A DNA stretch of 64,000 bases from an uncultured Fibrobacterota bacterium (GCA_963729895.1 CAVSQB010000015.1:8549-72548); one strand, 5' to 3'. Positions 48,344 through 58,646 are shown, counted from the first letter of the stretch. Program-made: numbers and translations. The notes: a model not told the origin generated them from the sequence alone.

Positions 48344-48917
48344 GAGTCCTCCTAGTTAGTTTAAAATAACTCGGAAAACTCCCTTCTCAAATGAGCAAGT
48401 TTTCGGGGGTATAGCCAAAACAGCGAATGCCGAAGTCAACGGAAAAATATTCAATTCAATAGCCTCTTCCAAAATCCGGTTTGTCAGTGAATAATATAAG
48501 CGCGCTTTACGTGCGTAAACGGAATATTGTGAAGATGCAGCCATTATCCGTTACACACCTGTGTAACGATCAATGCAAAGTAAGCGTTTATAGAATATCG
48601 TTCAATCATAACGCATGTCAATATATAGTCAGCCGAGACAAGGGTACATGGGGGCCGCATCGGGAAGCTTGCTACTCTTGTTGAGCGAAAAACTACGCCG
48701 CCTTCTCATGCCGATCCTCAAGGGGTTCTTGTCGACTACAATGGGGAACAACTTCCGAAAGAAAATGGATTTAAGGGGCGGGTGAATCCGGCATGTCAAT
48801 TTTCTACCAGGAAACAGAATCTTTGCGTTCTACGGGACCTATCCAGCATTATCGTCCCCTTCGTGACCTGGACCGCTGAGCCTTCGTTAGCACCCCGGAT
48901 AAACGCCAGCAGCGGGG

Positions 48918-50477
48918 CTACCGTGAGAACAGAATGCATTTTTCGCTTCGTGAGGCATAATCGCCGACGTTTCTTCCCGTAAACGTCATTTTGACAACAT
49001 ATGCTCCGGGAGATTGCGGGTCGGCATTCCAGTCTATCGAATGCAGTCCGTCGCCGATGCCCACATAACGAGAACGCCAGACGATGCGACCAGCACACGT
49101 TATGATGTTCACTTCGACACCGCTATAATCAACCGGCGCCGAATACTCGATCTGGACGCCATTCCGCAATGTCAAAATTCTGAATCTGCAAGCGTCCTCA
49201 ATAGCGGATGGCTTCCGGGGAGACGAAACGCCTGCTGCAGCCATCGGTTGGGTCGGACGAACGGCCGTCAACGCGATCTTGCCTTTGAGCATCCTGCCGC
49301 CGTCGCCCGTAAGCCGAAGGTAATAATCGGACGAACAGGCAGTGCCGTCCTCGTCGCTCAAACCGGCAAACGTGGTGCCGGCAGGCATGGTTGAGGCGTC
49401 TTGGGCGGTCTTGGCGATTTGATTCCCTTCATTGAATTCATCGAACATCGAAATGTAAATTCCCTGGCATCCCGCCCGAATTGCGTTATAGAACTCGAGC
49501 CACATGAGGTTGCCATGGACCCGTTGACGCAGGGAGTTGTCTCCGGGAAGGACGCAAGGCTGATAGTCGATGCCGTTGGTATTGCAATCCTCCTGGTCCG
49601 GCACGATAAAATTGGAATAAATACCGTTAGCTCCGTTCGTGTCGCTAAACGCCCCGATCAACCACGGCGAAAGCATGTTGAAGGCGTGGTACACTCCAAG
49701 GTATCCGGACCTGGAGCCGCCGGTCCCCGTGCGCCATTCCCGGGGTACGCCGCCGATAACGTAACAGCCCTGGCCTTTGAACCAGGTGACTACGTCCAGG
49801 CATGTTGCGGAGTCCCAAGGATGATTCGAATCGTTGAAGCCGAAACCCCAGATGCACACCACAGGCTTTCCGTTTTGTTTCGCATACATCGGAGAAGAGA
49901 TCAGCGCAGACATTTTGACGGTCCAATCGGTCTTCATTTGGATTTGCATGGAATCCCAGCCTGTGGCATCGTACATGATATAAAACTTCACGCCGTAGGT
50001 TTCCGCAGCTGCCCTTACTTTTAATGCCATGGAATCGCGGGTAGGACCTTCCCCGCCATCCGGGTTGAACCGCTGCAAGGCTGCGCAGTCGATGCCGTAT
50101 TGCTGCATCCACTGAAACTGAGTGTCTACCGTTGATTGATCGAAGGAAGAAAACAATCTTGCAGGCTGTCCGTTGCCGAGATTCGCATAGGCTGTTTGAT
50201 AGCTCTTGGCATATTCACTCATGTCGGGCCAGCTCTTTATGCCCTGATTGGTCGGAGACGGCGGCTGTCCCCAATTGTTGGCCCAATGCCACCAGCCGTT
50301 TATCGGAGCGCCATCGCCTATGCAGGCAAACCAACCCTGGTAGCCCACGGTAACCTTTCCAACTACATCGCCGGGCCCACTGGCAGCCATTGCCGGGTTT
50401 ACGCCGAATATGGCTGAGGAGACCATTGCACACAGCAATAACGCTTCTCCAAGGGAGATAGAGCATCGTGTTTTCAT
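48918..50477 (-). CDS. Putative TIM-barrel glycoside hydrolase (family not assigned) with T9SS C-terminal domain
   Basis: Signal peptide. VGYQGWF...WHW and ...YISMFDEFNEGNQIAK motifs that I associate with a (beta/alpha)8 GH-like family often annotated xylosidase/arabinosidase. Tail ends ...YVVKMTFTG.... Confidence 0.65.
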   Translation of the reverse strand: MKTRCSISLGEALLLCAMVSSAIFGVNPAMAASGPGDVVGKVTVGYQGWFACIGDGAPINGWWHWANNWGQPPSPTNQGIKSWPDMSEYAKSYQTAYANLGNGQPARLFSSFDQSTVDTQFQWMQQYGIDCAALQRFNPDGGEGPTRDSMALKVRAAAETYGVKFYIMYDATGWDSMQIQMKTDWTVKMSALISSPMYAKQNGKPVVCIWGFGFNDSNHPWDSATCLDVVTWFKGQGCYVIGGVPREWRTGTGGSRSGYLGVYHAFNMLSPWLIGAFSDTNGANGIYSNFIVPDQEDCNTNGIDYQPCVLPGDNSLRQRVHGNLMWLEFYNAIRAGCQGIYISMFDEFNEGNQIAKTAQDASTMPAGTTFAGLSDEDGTACSSDYYLRLTGDGGRMLKGKIALTAVRPTQPMAAAGVSSPRKPSAIEDACRFRILTLRNGVQIEYSAPVDYSGVEVNIITCAGRIVWRSRYVGIGDGLHSIDWNADPQSPGAYVVKMTFTGRNVGDYASRSEKCILFSR

Positions 50478-50975
50478 GGAATCCTTTTCTACTCGTGTGT
50501 GAGGTGATATACCAAGGTCAATGCCGTGCGAAAAATTACGATTGATCTACCGTGACAGACAAGATCCCCTACGGGCTTGCTTATGAACATAAGAAATGGG
50601 TCCGATATCCGGCCAAACAATTTATTCACTTTGTTGATATGTGTTATATAATAATTAATTCAGCACCGGTGGCAACGGCCATGGTTGTTTCAAAATATCA
50701 AGGAAGGCTGACAAGGAAAGATCTTACTACTGCTCGTCTCTTCACGAGTACTTGTCGTATGAGGTTTGACTTGGTGCAGTTTTGAAGCATGCCTTTACAG
50801 GCCAGAATATAAATCAAGAGGATAACAAGCTGGATGGAGAGTCAGCCCCCTCTCCGCAGATGGAGTGACTTTGCGGATTGGATTGGCGATAGGGGATATG
50901 CTATAAATGTTTCTTTATCGTACATCAGACCGGGAAATAGAAAGGAAGACTTTTTCATTCGTCCGCGCAGGTCAG

Positions 50976-52655
50976 CTATTCCCCTGAGGAGAACCGCGCC
51001 AGATAGATCCCTGTCTTGGCCGTGCGGGAAACGTCCATCCGCGCCGTCGCACCATTGACCGCGATTTTTTGGACCAGCCTTCCCGAAAGATCGTAAATGT
51101 CAACATATGTAGCCCCTCGCACCCTCTGGAGGACAAAAAGCACACCCTTCTCAATTTTCACAAGAAATGAAACGGAATGTGCGGCGGCGTTCGTGCGCGA
51201 CTGTGGCGAAACGTCAGATTGAATGGTGCGGGTGACAATATTGTTGGTGTCACACGCCCACACCTGGACCTCCGCCAAGCTCAAGCTGTTTTTCGTGCGG
51301 AGTTGTATGCGGACATATCTCCCGATGACCCCGCCATTGAAATGGTACTCACTCGGAGTCCCCGTGATGCTGCGTTCAAAGGCGCAGGTTTCCCAGTTCA
51401 TGCCGTCGGTGCCGAATTTAACGTCATAGTTCGTTTGATGTCGGGAAAGGGAATCGGTACGGTTATAGGCCCAAATGCTGTCGATAATGTATTGGCTACC
51501 CAAATCCACCTGCCACCAAGCCATGGAATCGACATTTGTTTGACAAATGCTGTTCGCCGAGGATTCGCCTGCGGTGTCTCCGTCCACGGCTCGTGAGGCA
51601 GCGAGGTTGGCATAGGTGCTGGATTGCGTCGCGATCTTGTTCAGCGCAATGTTTGTGTTGTTTGAACTCTTTCTGCCGACCTCGCAAAAGGCATTGTACA
51701 AGAACATATGCGATGAATCTGCGAAACCGCCTGGACAATGGGCCCCTGGAGTTCCAACGAGCGTACCGGCCAGCAGGCCCTCATGCGTGAGCCGCACAGA
51801 GATCGGAGTGATGCCGTAAAAGAGCCAGTCGGAATTCCACTTGGAGGGCGAGCCGGTGTCGGTGGGCACGCCCCAGCCGTCCGGTGTCGATTGATACCCG
51901 CAATATGGAGGACTTCCGGCCTCGATCCAGGATGTGTCGAGCATTGCACCAGAATTGCCGGCAGCGGCGCACACTTTGGAATTGACGCCGGGAGTTCCAT
52001 CATTTCCTTCGATGCCGCCGTAAATATTCGTGTCGACAACCGGAGGGATCTTGAAAGGCTTGTCCATGAACGCGACATTCAGGGTAATGAATGCGCCGGA
52101 CGAGCATCCCTGGATTGCGATCCGGGAAGTATCTATCCGATACGTTGAAGCATGCGCGCGCATATACCTGATGCACGCCCTGGCGTCCTGGGCTGTAACG
52201 ACAAACCCAGCCGGCCAGATCTTAAGCGTCGAGTCATTTTGCACTTCCCACTTCCGGTAGTCCGGGCAAACCGCCACATACCCGTACTGTGCATATGTCG
52301 TGGCATCACCAGCCTGACCGGTGCGATCCCCGCCTGTAAATCCTCCACCGTAGATGCAAACGATGCAAGGTCTGGAGGTACATGTATCGCCCGTCGGCTC
52401 ATACTCATCAAAATAGAGATCCGTGGGCAGATTGTTATTCAACGGATTGGTGTTTGAACCGAATTTAATCGCTTGGTTCACCGTGACGTTGCTAAAGACC
52501 TTGTTGATGAAACGCCCGGCAGGATAGGTGCTCATGTAAGCAAGCGCGGGGAAAAAAGTCATGCTAAGAATCAGAAGTGTGTTGTAGAAAAAACGAGGCA
52601 ATTTCCCATTGAGTATTATAGCTGGACATTCCGGGATTAGGGTATTTTTCTTCAT
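50976..52655 (-). CDS. Carbohydrate esterase-like alpha/beta hydrolase fused to an F5/8 type C (CBM32-like) domain and a T9SS C-terminal domain
   Basis: IYGGGFTGGD oxyanion-type motif, nucleophile elbow GCSSGA, then a discoidin pattern (AVDGDT...WWQVDLG...YVRIQL...LAEVQVWA). Tail: IYDLSGRLVQKI...GIYLARF. Confidence 0.75.
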   Translation of the reverse strand: MKKNTLIPECPAIILNGKLPRFFYNTLLILSMTFFPALAYMSTYPAGRFINKVFSNVTVNQAIKFGSNTNPLNNNLPTDLYFDEYEPTGDTCTSRPCIVCIYGGGFTGGDRTGQAGDATTYAQYGYVAVCPDYRKWEVQNDSTLKIWPAGFVVTAQDARACIRYMRAHASTYRIDTSRIAIQGCSSGAFITLNVAFMDKPFKIPPVVDTNIYGGIEGNDGTPGVNSKVCAAAGNSGAMLDTSWIEAGSPPYCGYQSTPDGWGVPTDTGSPSKWNSDWLFYGITPISVRLTHEGLLAGTLVGTPGAHCPGGFADSSHMFLYNAFCEVGRKSSNNTNIALNKIATQSSTYANLAASRAVDGDTAGESSANSICQTNVDSMAWWQVDLGSQYIIDSIWAYNRTDSLSRHQTNYDVKFGTDGMNWETCAFERSITGTPSEYHFNGGVIGRYVRIQLRTKNSLSLAEVQVWACDTNNIVTRTIQSDVSPQSRTNAAAHSVSFLVKIEKGVLFVLQRVRGATYVDIYDLSGRLVQKIAVNGATARMDVSRTAKTGIYLARFSSGE

Positions 52656-52823
52656 AAATCCGTCAGTTCTTGGCCAAATTTAGAGTCTATGGTTCCGCGC
52701 TCATGCGCGGGGGCTATTGAGTAACGTGTCGTTCTTCAGCCCAACGCCCGCTTGCTCATCAAATCTTGCACAAGCTATCCGACAGCAGCACGATTTCAAT
52801 GCTGCGGATATTAAAATCCGTCA

Positions 52824-55460
52824 TCATTGCACAATCTGAAAAGTGCCTGATTCCATGATCGCCTGACTCTTTCGCTCCAATTTGATCTCATATGCATACC
52901 CCCCAATTGCAACTGGGAGATTTCTTTGGGTAGTCATGTTCCATTGAACAAGGTTGCTATTCGATACTAATTCTTTGACCAAGACTCCGTTAAGAGAGTA
53001 GATACCGACCGTTATTCTCTTCATATCATTATAGGGGTTCATCGCAGCAAAAGATATCACCCTGTCTCTCGTGCGGTCGAATAGTTTCTTTGCAATTGCA
53101 CAAGATATTTCAGAATGAAAAGCCGGAGAATTGTTGACAACTTCAACAACCTGGCCCGCGGGCGTATTCATTCTGGCCAAAATAATGCTGTAGGGCGTTC
53201 CGTTTATCGCGAGATGGATCGTTTCATTAACTGACGTTGGGATAGTGATTTTATTGCCGGTTATCGTACCGGAATCGATTCCGTTTCTGTAAATCTGTAG
53301 CGCTTGTCCAGGGCAAGGGTTGACAAAGGTACAGTTTCCACTCACGCTGCTAATTATCCGCACATACTGCACAGCGTTGTTTTCCATGTCGCTCGAAACC
53401 AGGAATCCGCCGTAAGTCAGCATGTCCCCGAATTTACCATAGGTATTCGTCGGCCAATCGGCAAACAACCTTATCGTGTCCTGGAATGACTGGACAAGCA
53501 TCTCGCACAATGTGGCCGGTACTGTATTGAGATTTTCAATTCCTCCGCCGCCGGTGTGAATATGCAGATTTGGGTAGGTGTTGTTTGTAACCCATAAATT
53601 CAGTTGGGTCAAAATCGTATTCGGATCATATCCGATCCGGGCTGCGGCGGGATAGAATGTGGGTGTCGCATTTCCATCGCTCCAGCGAGCCATCTGACCA
53701 ATCATGTTCTTGCCGATGGCGAGCAGAGCAGAATCGCTTCCAAGGCCGATCTGGCTGCCTGGGTAAATGTGTTGTGACCCGATGTCGTTGCCGTCAACCC
53801 AATCATCCCCAACCTCGGTCCACCTGAAAACGGTAACGCCATTCCTGACAAAGGTTGGAAAGGCGCTGAGATTCATCAACCTGTTCTCCCAAATGGCTCT
53901 CGATGAGGAGTCCTGGTTTAGGGCGGAACTTAAATCAATGACCCCTTTAAGGAGGAAACGAATCAAACCCAATGACATAACGCCGTTTGTTTGTGGATAC
54001 GAGTCACCTTCTTGTTGGGCATCTTTGTAATCCACGTACCTGGTCCCGTCCCAAGTCAGGTAGTTTTGCCAGAATATCGCGATTGGCTTGAGAGTACCGT
54101 AGACTTTGTTTGCATATGTCAAATCGTGTGTGTAGTAGTAGTGCATGATCATGTCGGTTGCCGCAAAAGCACCAGGAAACTTCTGATTCCAGGTATTATG
54201 ATCAGCGCTGCCGTTCGGCACAGGGCCAATATGGACTCTGTAAAAGGCTCCGGTCCAGCCGCTGTCCGATGCCTGTGACTGGGCATTGGGTACCCAGTCT
54301 ATAATCGGTTTGTCATAGCTGTCAGCAAGCTCGGGGTGATTGGTGGGGCATGCCATGTAGAACGGCGCTTCATAATTGTAATTAAGGGTGTAGTCACTGT
54401 TCCATGCTGGATTTTCCATCACCCAATTCGCCCATAATCCGGGAGGTGCTTCACTCGTTCTGGAGCAACTCGCCAAAAGATAAAGCGACCCATAGAATTC
54501 TTTTTCGATTGTTTTGTTTGGTATTTCTACAAATGATTTGCCGTAGAAATTGTTCCACCAGGCGCAATGCACATTGTTTAAGCTATCGATATTCGCCCGT
54601 GTTTCCGAACTGATGCTGCTGATGGCCTGACTCTGATAACTTGCACTATCGTAATTACTCATGATGCAGGTTACAAGGGAATAGGTGTTTCCGGGCGATA
54701 GAGTAAAATTTAAAGCATTGTTATTGATAATTCCTGCCGTTCCAATCACTCGCGTTGCAACACGTACCTTGCACGTAGCATATCCGCCCACCGCATCCAT
54801 ATTGTCTGCCGTTACGTCGATATAGAGGACATCTCCGGATGAACCGATGCTGCTGCCGTACGTATTTTGATTGCCCACGGCCAGTGAAACCGTCACGCTC
54901 TTACTCTCCGTTCCCGAGTACGTGAAATTCGTTATAAACTGGTTCGTAACGGTATTGTCTGCCTGTACCCAACTTTCCGTCGTTATCGTATTGCCATTCA
55001 GGGTAAATGTCCCATTTACTTCGCCCAGAGGAATATTCTCTACCATGGAATATGAAGCTCCCGTCATCCCAGGGATTGCCAGTATTAATCTGGCCATTGC
55101 TTTGACCGTTCCGTCATTCAGCGACCAGAACTCATTCTTACCTAAAATGAAAGTCATCGCATCAATGCTGTTTAGGATCGCAACTCCGACGTCTCCGTTA
55201 CCAAGGAGCGGTGCATCCGTGGTCTCCTGAGTATTAGTTTGTGTCGGTAATGAGGTAAAGGTCCCTTTGTATTGGCCGACAATACGAAGAGCCTGGGTTG
55301 AAGTTGTTTGATCGGCATAGACGCAACTTGCTATATAGAGGGTACTCGACAGACAGAAGCTGGAAATCGATATGGTGAACCTCCAATAGTCAACATCACG
55401 TTGGTTCCAGTACCAGTAGGCGTACGCCTGCGAGGTATTTCCATGCTTTGGCGGTCGCAA
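52824..55460 (-). CDS. Large GH95-like (six-hairpin/super-sandwich) glycoside hydrolase with T9SS C-terminal domain
   Basis: PLLGNGDVGV...NEFWS near the N-terminus and ...DYTLNYNYEAPFY... resemble GH95/DUF5703-type enzymes; family unverified. Tail: GIYSLNGVLVKEL...YAYEIKL. Lower GC than its neighbours. The only in-frame start is TTG 55460, so the start is uncertain. Confidence 0.7.
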   Translation of the reverse strand: MRPPKHGNTSQAYAYWYWNQRDVDYWRFTISISSFCLSSTLYIASCVYADQTTSTQALRIVGQYKGTFTSLPTQTNTQETTDAPLLGNGDVGVAILNSIDAMTFILGKNEFWSLNDGTVKAMARLILAIPGMTGASYSMVENIPLGEVNGTFTLNGNTITTESWVQADNTVTNQFITNFTYSGTESKSVTVSLAVGNQNTYGSSIGSSGDVLYIDVTADNMDAVGGYATCKVRVATRVIGTAGIINNNALNFTLSPGNTYSLVTCIMSNYDSASYQSQAISSISSETRANIDSLNNVHCAWWNNFYGKSFVEIPNKTIEKEFYGSLYLLASCSRTSEAPPGLWANWVMENPAWNSDYTLNYNYEAPFYMACPTNHPELADSYDKPIIDWVPNAQSQASDSGWTGAFYRVHIGPVPNGSADHNTWNQKFPGAFAATDMIMHYYYTHDLTYANKVYGTLKPIAIFWQNYLTWDGTRYVDYKDAQQEGDSYPQTNGVMSLGLIRFLLKGVIDLSSALNQDSSSRAIWENRLMNLSAFPTFVRNGVTVFRWTEVGDDWVDGNDIGSQHIYPGSQIGLGSDSALLAIGKNMIGQMARWSDGNATPTFYPAAARIGYDPNTILTQLNLWVTNNTYPNLHIHTGGGGIENLNTVPATLCEMLVQSFQDTIRLFADWPTNTYGKFGDMLTYGGFLVSSDMENNAVQYVRIISSVSGNCTFVNPCPGQALQIYRNGIDSGTITGNKITIPTSVNETIHLAINGTPYSIILARMNTPAGQVVEVVNNSPAFHSEISCAIAKKLFDRTRDRVISFAAMNPYNDMKRITVGIYSLNGVLVKELVSNSNLVQWNMTTQRNLPVAIGGYAYEIKLERKSQAIMESGTFQIVQ

Positions 55461-55612
55461 CGGAACCGGTAATGTCTCAGCCGGTCTTGTTGATGTATTC
55501 CGTAAACTCCCACCACATCGGATTGGACGGGTAATGATGAATCCCGGTCGACTGCCGGACGGTGCTGTTCAACGCATCACAAGTACCGGAATGTGTCCGA
55601 ACAAAGAGACGC

Positions 55613-57877
55613 TTACCAAAGATTAACCACTTTACAAGTTACGACCCGATCGTCCATACTGCATTTCACCAGGTAGGACCCTCTGCCTAGATCCGTTCGC
55701 TCCGCGGACGCCGCCGGATGGCCCTTGTCAAAGGTCATTTTCTGAACGAGCCGGCCCTGCATATCGAGTATGTCCAGGGAAAAAGTTTTACCTGCAAATC
55801 CCGGTGGAAGCATGAGCCTGCGCCTGAGAAAGTGGACTGAAAAATTATCAATCGGACTGCCACTCTTTGCGTTTTCAATAGCAGTTGTTGGACAAGCTTG
55901 CGGCGCAAGCGTGTCAGACATGATGCTTTGGTAGGCGGCTTCGATGCCGGCGGCGTTGATGATGGCCTGGGCCGCGGCCGACCAGGGGTTTCCGCTTTCG
56001 TTATGCGTGTTGGTGACAGCGCAATTGGTACCGTTGTTTTCGTAACTGGGCTGGTCGGTATAGTTATTGTCAGCGACGATATCATGGATGGTGTTGCTCC
56101 AGATGTACAGCCAGAAACTGGCCGCCTTATCCACGACATTATTGTTGATCGCCCAGAGGCCCGATCCTTCGTCCGGCATTATCGCCGAGGATCCGTTGAT
56201 CGCATAGTTTCTTGCTATTTGTGAATTAGGCGAGGAATTCATCACATAAATCGTCCCTCCGTCGTGCAATACCAGATGGTCGTTCCCGACTTTGTTATAA
56301 CTGATGTTGACGTTGTTCATATTCGTCGACGGCGGGATGGATCCCGACGCTCCCCAGTACCAGCCCTGCGCGATCACGCCGTAGGGCATGAAGCCCAGGT
56401 CATTATGCGATATCTCCAGCCCTTCGGGAAAATAGCCAGAAATGCCCTCGACCCGGACGAAATCTGAGGAGAGGTTCCGTGCAAAATTGTCCCTTACGAC
56501 ATTGTTTTTACATAGACCTGCGATTCCAGGCGGAAATTTGGCCCCTTCGCCGATTATATAGTGCTGGGGATGCGAGATGTTGACCGCGTTGCCCGCCAGG
56601 TCCTTGAAGACGTTACCGATAACCATGCTGTTGATCACGTCGTTTTCCAGATTGATTGCGATTGCGTTGTTGCATTGTAGGAATTTGCACTGCTCGATGC
56701 GCAGTGAGTCGCAGTTCCTGACGTCAATAGTTGCCTGAGGCAAATCCTCATTGGTGAAATAGGCCGCGTTATGGTCGCCGTCGGCGCGGAACTTGTAGAA
56801 AACAGCCGAGCTTTGCGAGCCGACGAACCCTTTTGAACCTGCGACATCGTACAGCGAACAGTGGTCGTGCATGAACGTGATGCCGTAAAACTGAAGGTTC
56901 AGAATACGGTTCGCGGTTGACGCTCCGTAAATTTGCAGCAGTCCTTCGCTGACGGGTGCGATAACCGTAGCGGTGTTCATGTTCTCACCCCTGCTGTAAT
57001 AATAGAGCGTGTGGGTTGCTTTATTAAAATAAAACTGACCGGGGCTTGCAAGCAGTTCATAGGCGTTTCTGATGGTAAAATTATACTTTGCACCATATCC
57101 GTCCGTGAGGCCAAGCGCTCCCCATCTCAAGGTGGCCGCGATGGCGCCTGTCGGCTGTTGCAAACTGACGGTCGTCGTGGCGCCGGAGGTTGCCATATCC
57201 CTGACACACGCAATATTGTCGCACCATTGCCAGCTCCATTCGATTTCGACATCGCCGGGATTGGCGTAGGCGGGGAGGACGGACGAATTGAACGTCAGGG
57301 CGTCGAAAGTCGACCCGCTCGTCTGCGCCCAAGCTTCGGTACCCGCGACCGTAAACGTGCCGGAGGTTCCTGATGCTTGTTTGTTGAGCACTTCCGTCAT
57401 CTCTGCCCGCACTCCATTGACATAGAGGCAGCGCAGCTTCGTGTCCCGGTTGAGAGTCGCCTTGTAGGTGTTGCCGCTCTGAAGCGTCCAGCCCGTCACC
57501 GGCATGCCGCCGCTGATGACCGGCTTTTCGTCCATGCCGTTATTGTTGTATGCTTTGTAAATCACCGAGAAGCCGTTTGCTCCCCCGTCGCTCGTATCGA
57601 ACGCGATGGGCGCTGCCGTGTAGTACGTGCCGCAGCGCAGGTAGACGTAGATGTCGCCGGTCATGGAACGGTTAACGGTGCGGACCACGTCGCGCGCCTT
57701 GGTGATGGTCGCGAAGGGCAGGGCGAGCGTGCCGGGGTTATTGTCGTTGCCGCTCGGCGACACATAATAGGATACCTGGGTGGCCGCACAAACCGATATT
57801 GAGGCGGGCCCAAACAGGAAACAGGCAATGGCCAATAACCGTATCATTGCATGAAGGGTAATGCTGATTTTAGTCAT
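55613..57877 (-). CDS. Right-handed parallel beta-helix protein (pectate-lyase-fold glycosidase/lyase) with T9SS C-terminal domain
   Basis: Signal peptide. YYVSPSGNDNNPGTLALPFATITKA opening is typical of beta-helix CAZymes, followed by repetitive N/G-rich turns. Tail: LDILDMQGRLVQKM...GSYLVKC. Confidence 0.75.
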   Translation of the reverse strand: MTKISITLHAMIRLLAIACFLFGPASISVCAATQVSYYVSPSGNDNNPGTLALPFATITKARDVVRTVNRSMTGDIYVYLRCGTYYTAAPIAFDTSDGGANGFSVIYKAYNNNGMDEKPVISGGMPVTGWTLQSGNTYKATLNRDTKLRCLYVNGVRAEMTEVLNKQASGTSGTFTVAGTEAWAQTSGSTFDALTFNSSVLPAYANPGDVEIEWSWQWCDNIACVRDMATSGATTTVSLQQPTGAIAATLRWGALGLTDGYGAKYNFTIRNAYELLASPGQFYFNKATHTLYYYSRGENMNTATVIAPVSEGLLQIYGASTANRILNLQFYGITFMHDHCSLYDVAGSKGFVGSQSSAVFYKFRADGDHNAAYFTNEDLPQATIDVRNCDSLRIEQCKFLQCNNAIAINLENDVINSMVIGNVFKDLAGNAVNISHPQHYIIGEGAKFPPGIAGLCKNNVVRDNFARNLSSDFVRVEGISGYFPEGLEISHNDLGFMPYGVIAQGWYWGASGSIPPSTNMNNVNISYNKVGNDHLVLHDGGTIYVMNSSPNSQIARNYAINGSSAIMPDEGSGLWAINNNVVDKAASFWLYIWSNTIHDIVADNNYTDQPSYENNGTNCAVTNTHNESGNPWSAAAQAIINAAGIEAAYQSIMSDTLAPQACPTTAIENAKSGSPIDNFSVHFLRRRLMLPPGFAGKTFSLDILDMQGRLVQKMTFDKGHPAASAERTDLGRGSYLVKCSMDDRVVTCKVVNLW

Positions 57878-58567
57878 GAATGTATCGTTGTTGTTTTCGT
57901 TGGTTGAGAGAATACCAATTGAGCGGACGCGGAAGCTCCGTGTCCCCGCGTTTTTTCATATCTTCCCATAGGAGAGCTTTGGAATAAATCGGCAACTATT
58001 TATGATGCTAAGTATAGTACCTGTCCAGGCTAAAATTTCGGGTATGATTCCTTTTGTCCTGTCCCTGCAATTTTGAGGTGCCATTACATAGCAGCGGTTG
58101 CCTCAATGGGCGTTATATTAACGTGGACATCGTACTGGTCTTTTCACTCCCCAACTTAGTTCTGATAAACATGAAACCACCAGTCTCGCACCTCCCGGTC
58201 GATATACTAACCGCAAAAATCGCCAAGCGCGAGACTCGCTTGCAAATAATTTACCTCCCCGCGGTTCAGAAAGTTGTTGGAAGTTAGCTACTTTGTTCAA
58301 CTATCAGATATATTAATGAATTTTGACTTCAGACGAAGGAGTTTACACGATGGGAGAAGAATGATTCTCATCGTCACCCTGATCGTGATGGATTAAATCC
58401 GAGGCGCGAAGAAGGATTTGCCCGGGTAAGAAATTGACGAAATCTTGTCAGAATATTATCGGGTTTTTTAGAAAAGGCTTAAATTCGTTCAAAAAAGCAA
58501 TCTGGTCATGTGAAAACGGATTATCTATCTGGTGGTGGTTCGGCGTGGCTGGAGCGATCATGGCAGG

Positions 58568-58587
58568 GAATCCCTGCCTCTCCGCCA
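58568..58587 (+). repeat. Exact 20-nt direct repeat of the tRNA-Ser 3' end (att-like site)
   Basis: GAATCCCTGCCTCTCCGCCA is identical to 41924-41943 in the same orientation. The preceding CAGGG also mimics the T-stem. Confidence 0.85.
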
Positions 58588-58646
58588 TAATACTGACATT
58601 TAACTTATAATGGATACTTATATCAGAAATAGTTATATTATGGTAT

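Larger units (their letters stand above)
47220..48417 (-). mobile_element. IS3-family insertion sequence (1198 bp), distinct from the one at 13111
   Basis: Termini TGGCTATACCCC (47220-47231) and GGGGTATAGCCA (48406-48417). Flanking AAAC on both sides (47216-47219 and 48418-48421). OrfA/OrfB are arranged in frames 0 and -1. Confidence 0.85.

Noticed and set aside
58369-58417. Mini-ORFs after a GAAGGAG: ATGGGAGAAGAATGA (4 codons) overlapping ATGATTCTCATCGTCACCCTGATCGTGATGGATTAA (an 11-aa hydrophobic peptide). These were considered as a possible leader peptide or type I toxin.
   Set aside because: They are far too short to evaluate from sequence alone, nothing adjacent suggests an attenuator or antitoxin RNA, and the AT-rich island edge produces many such chance ORFs.
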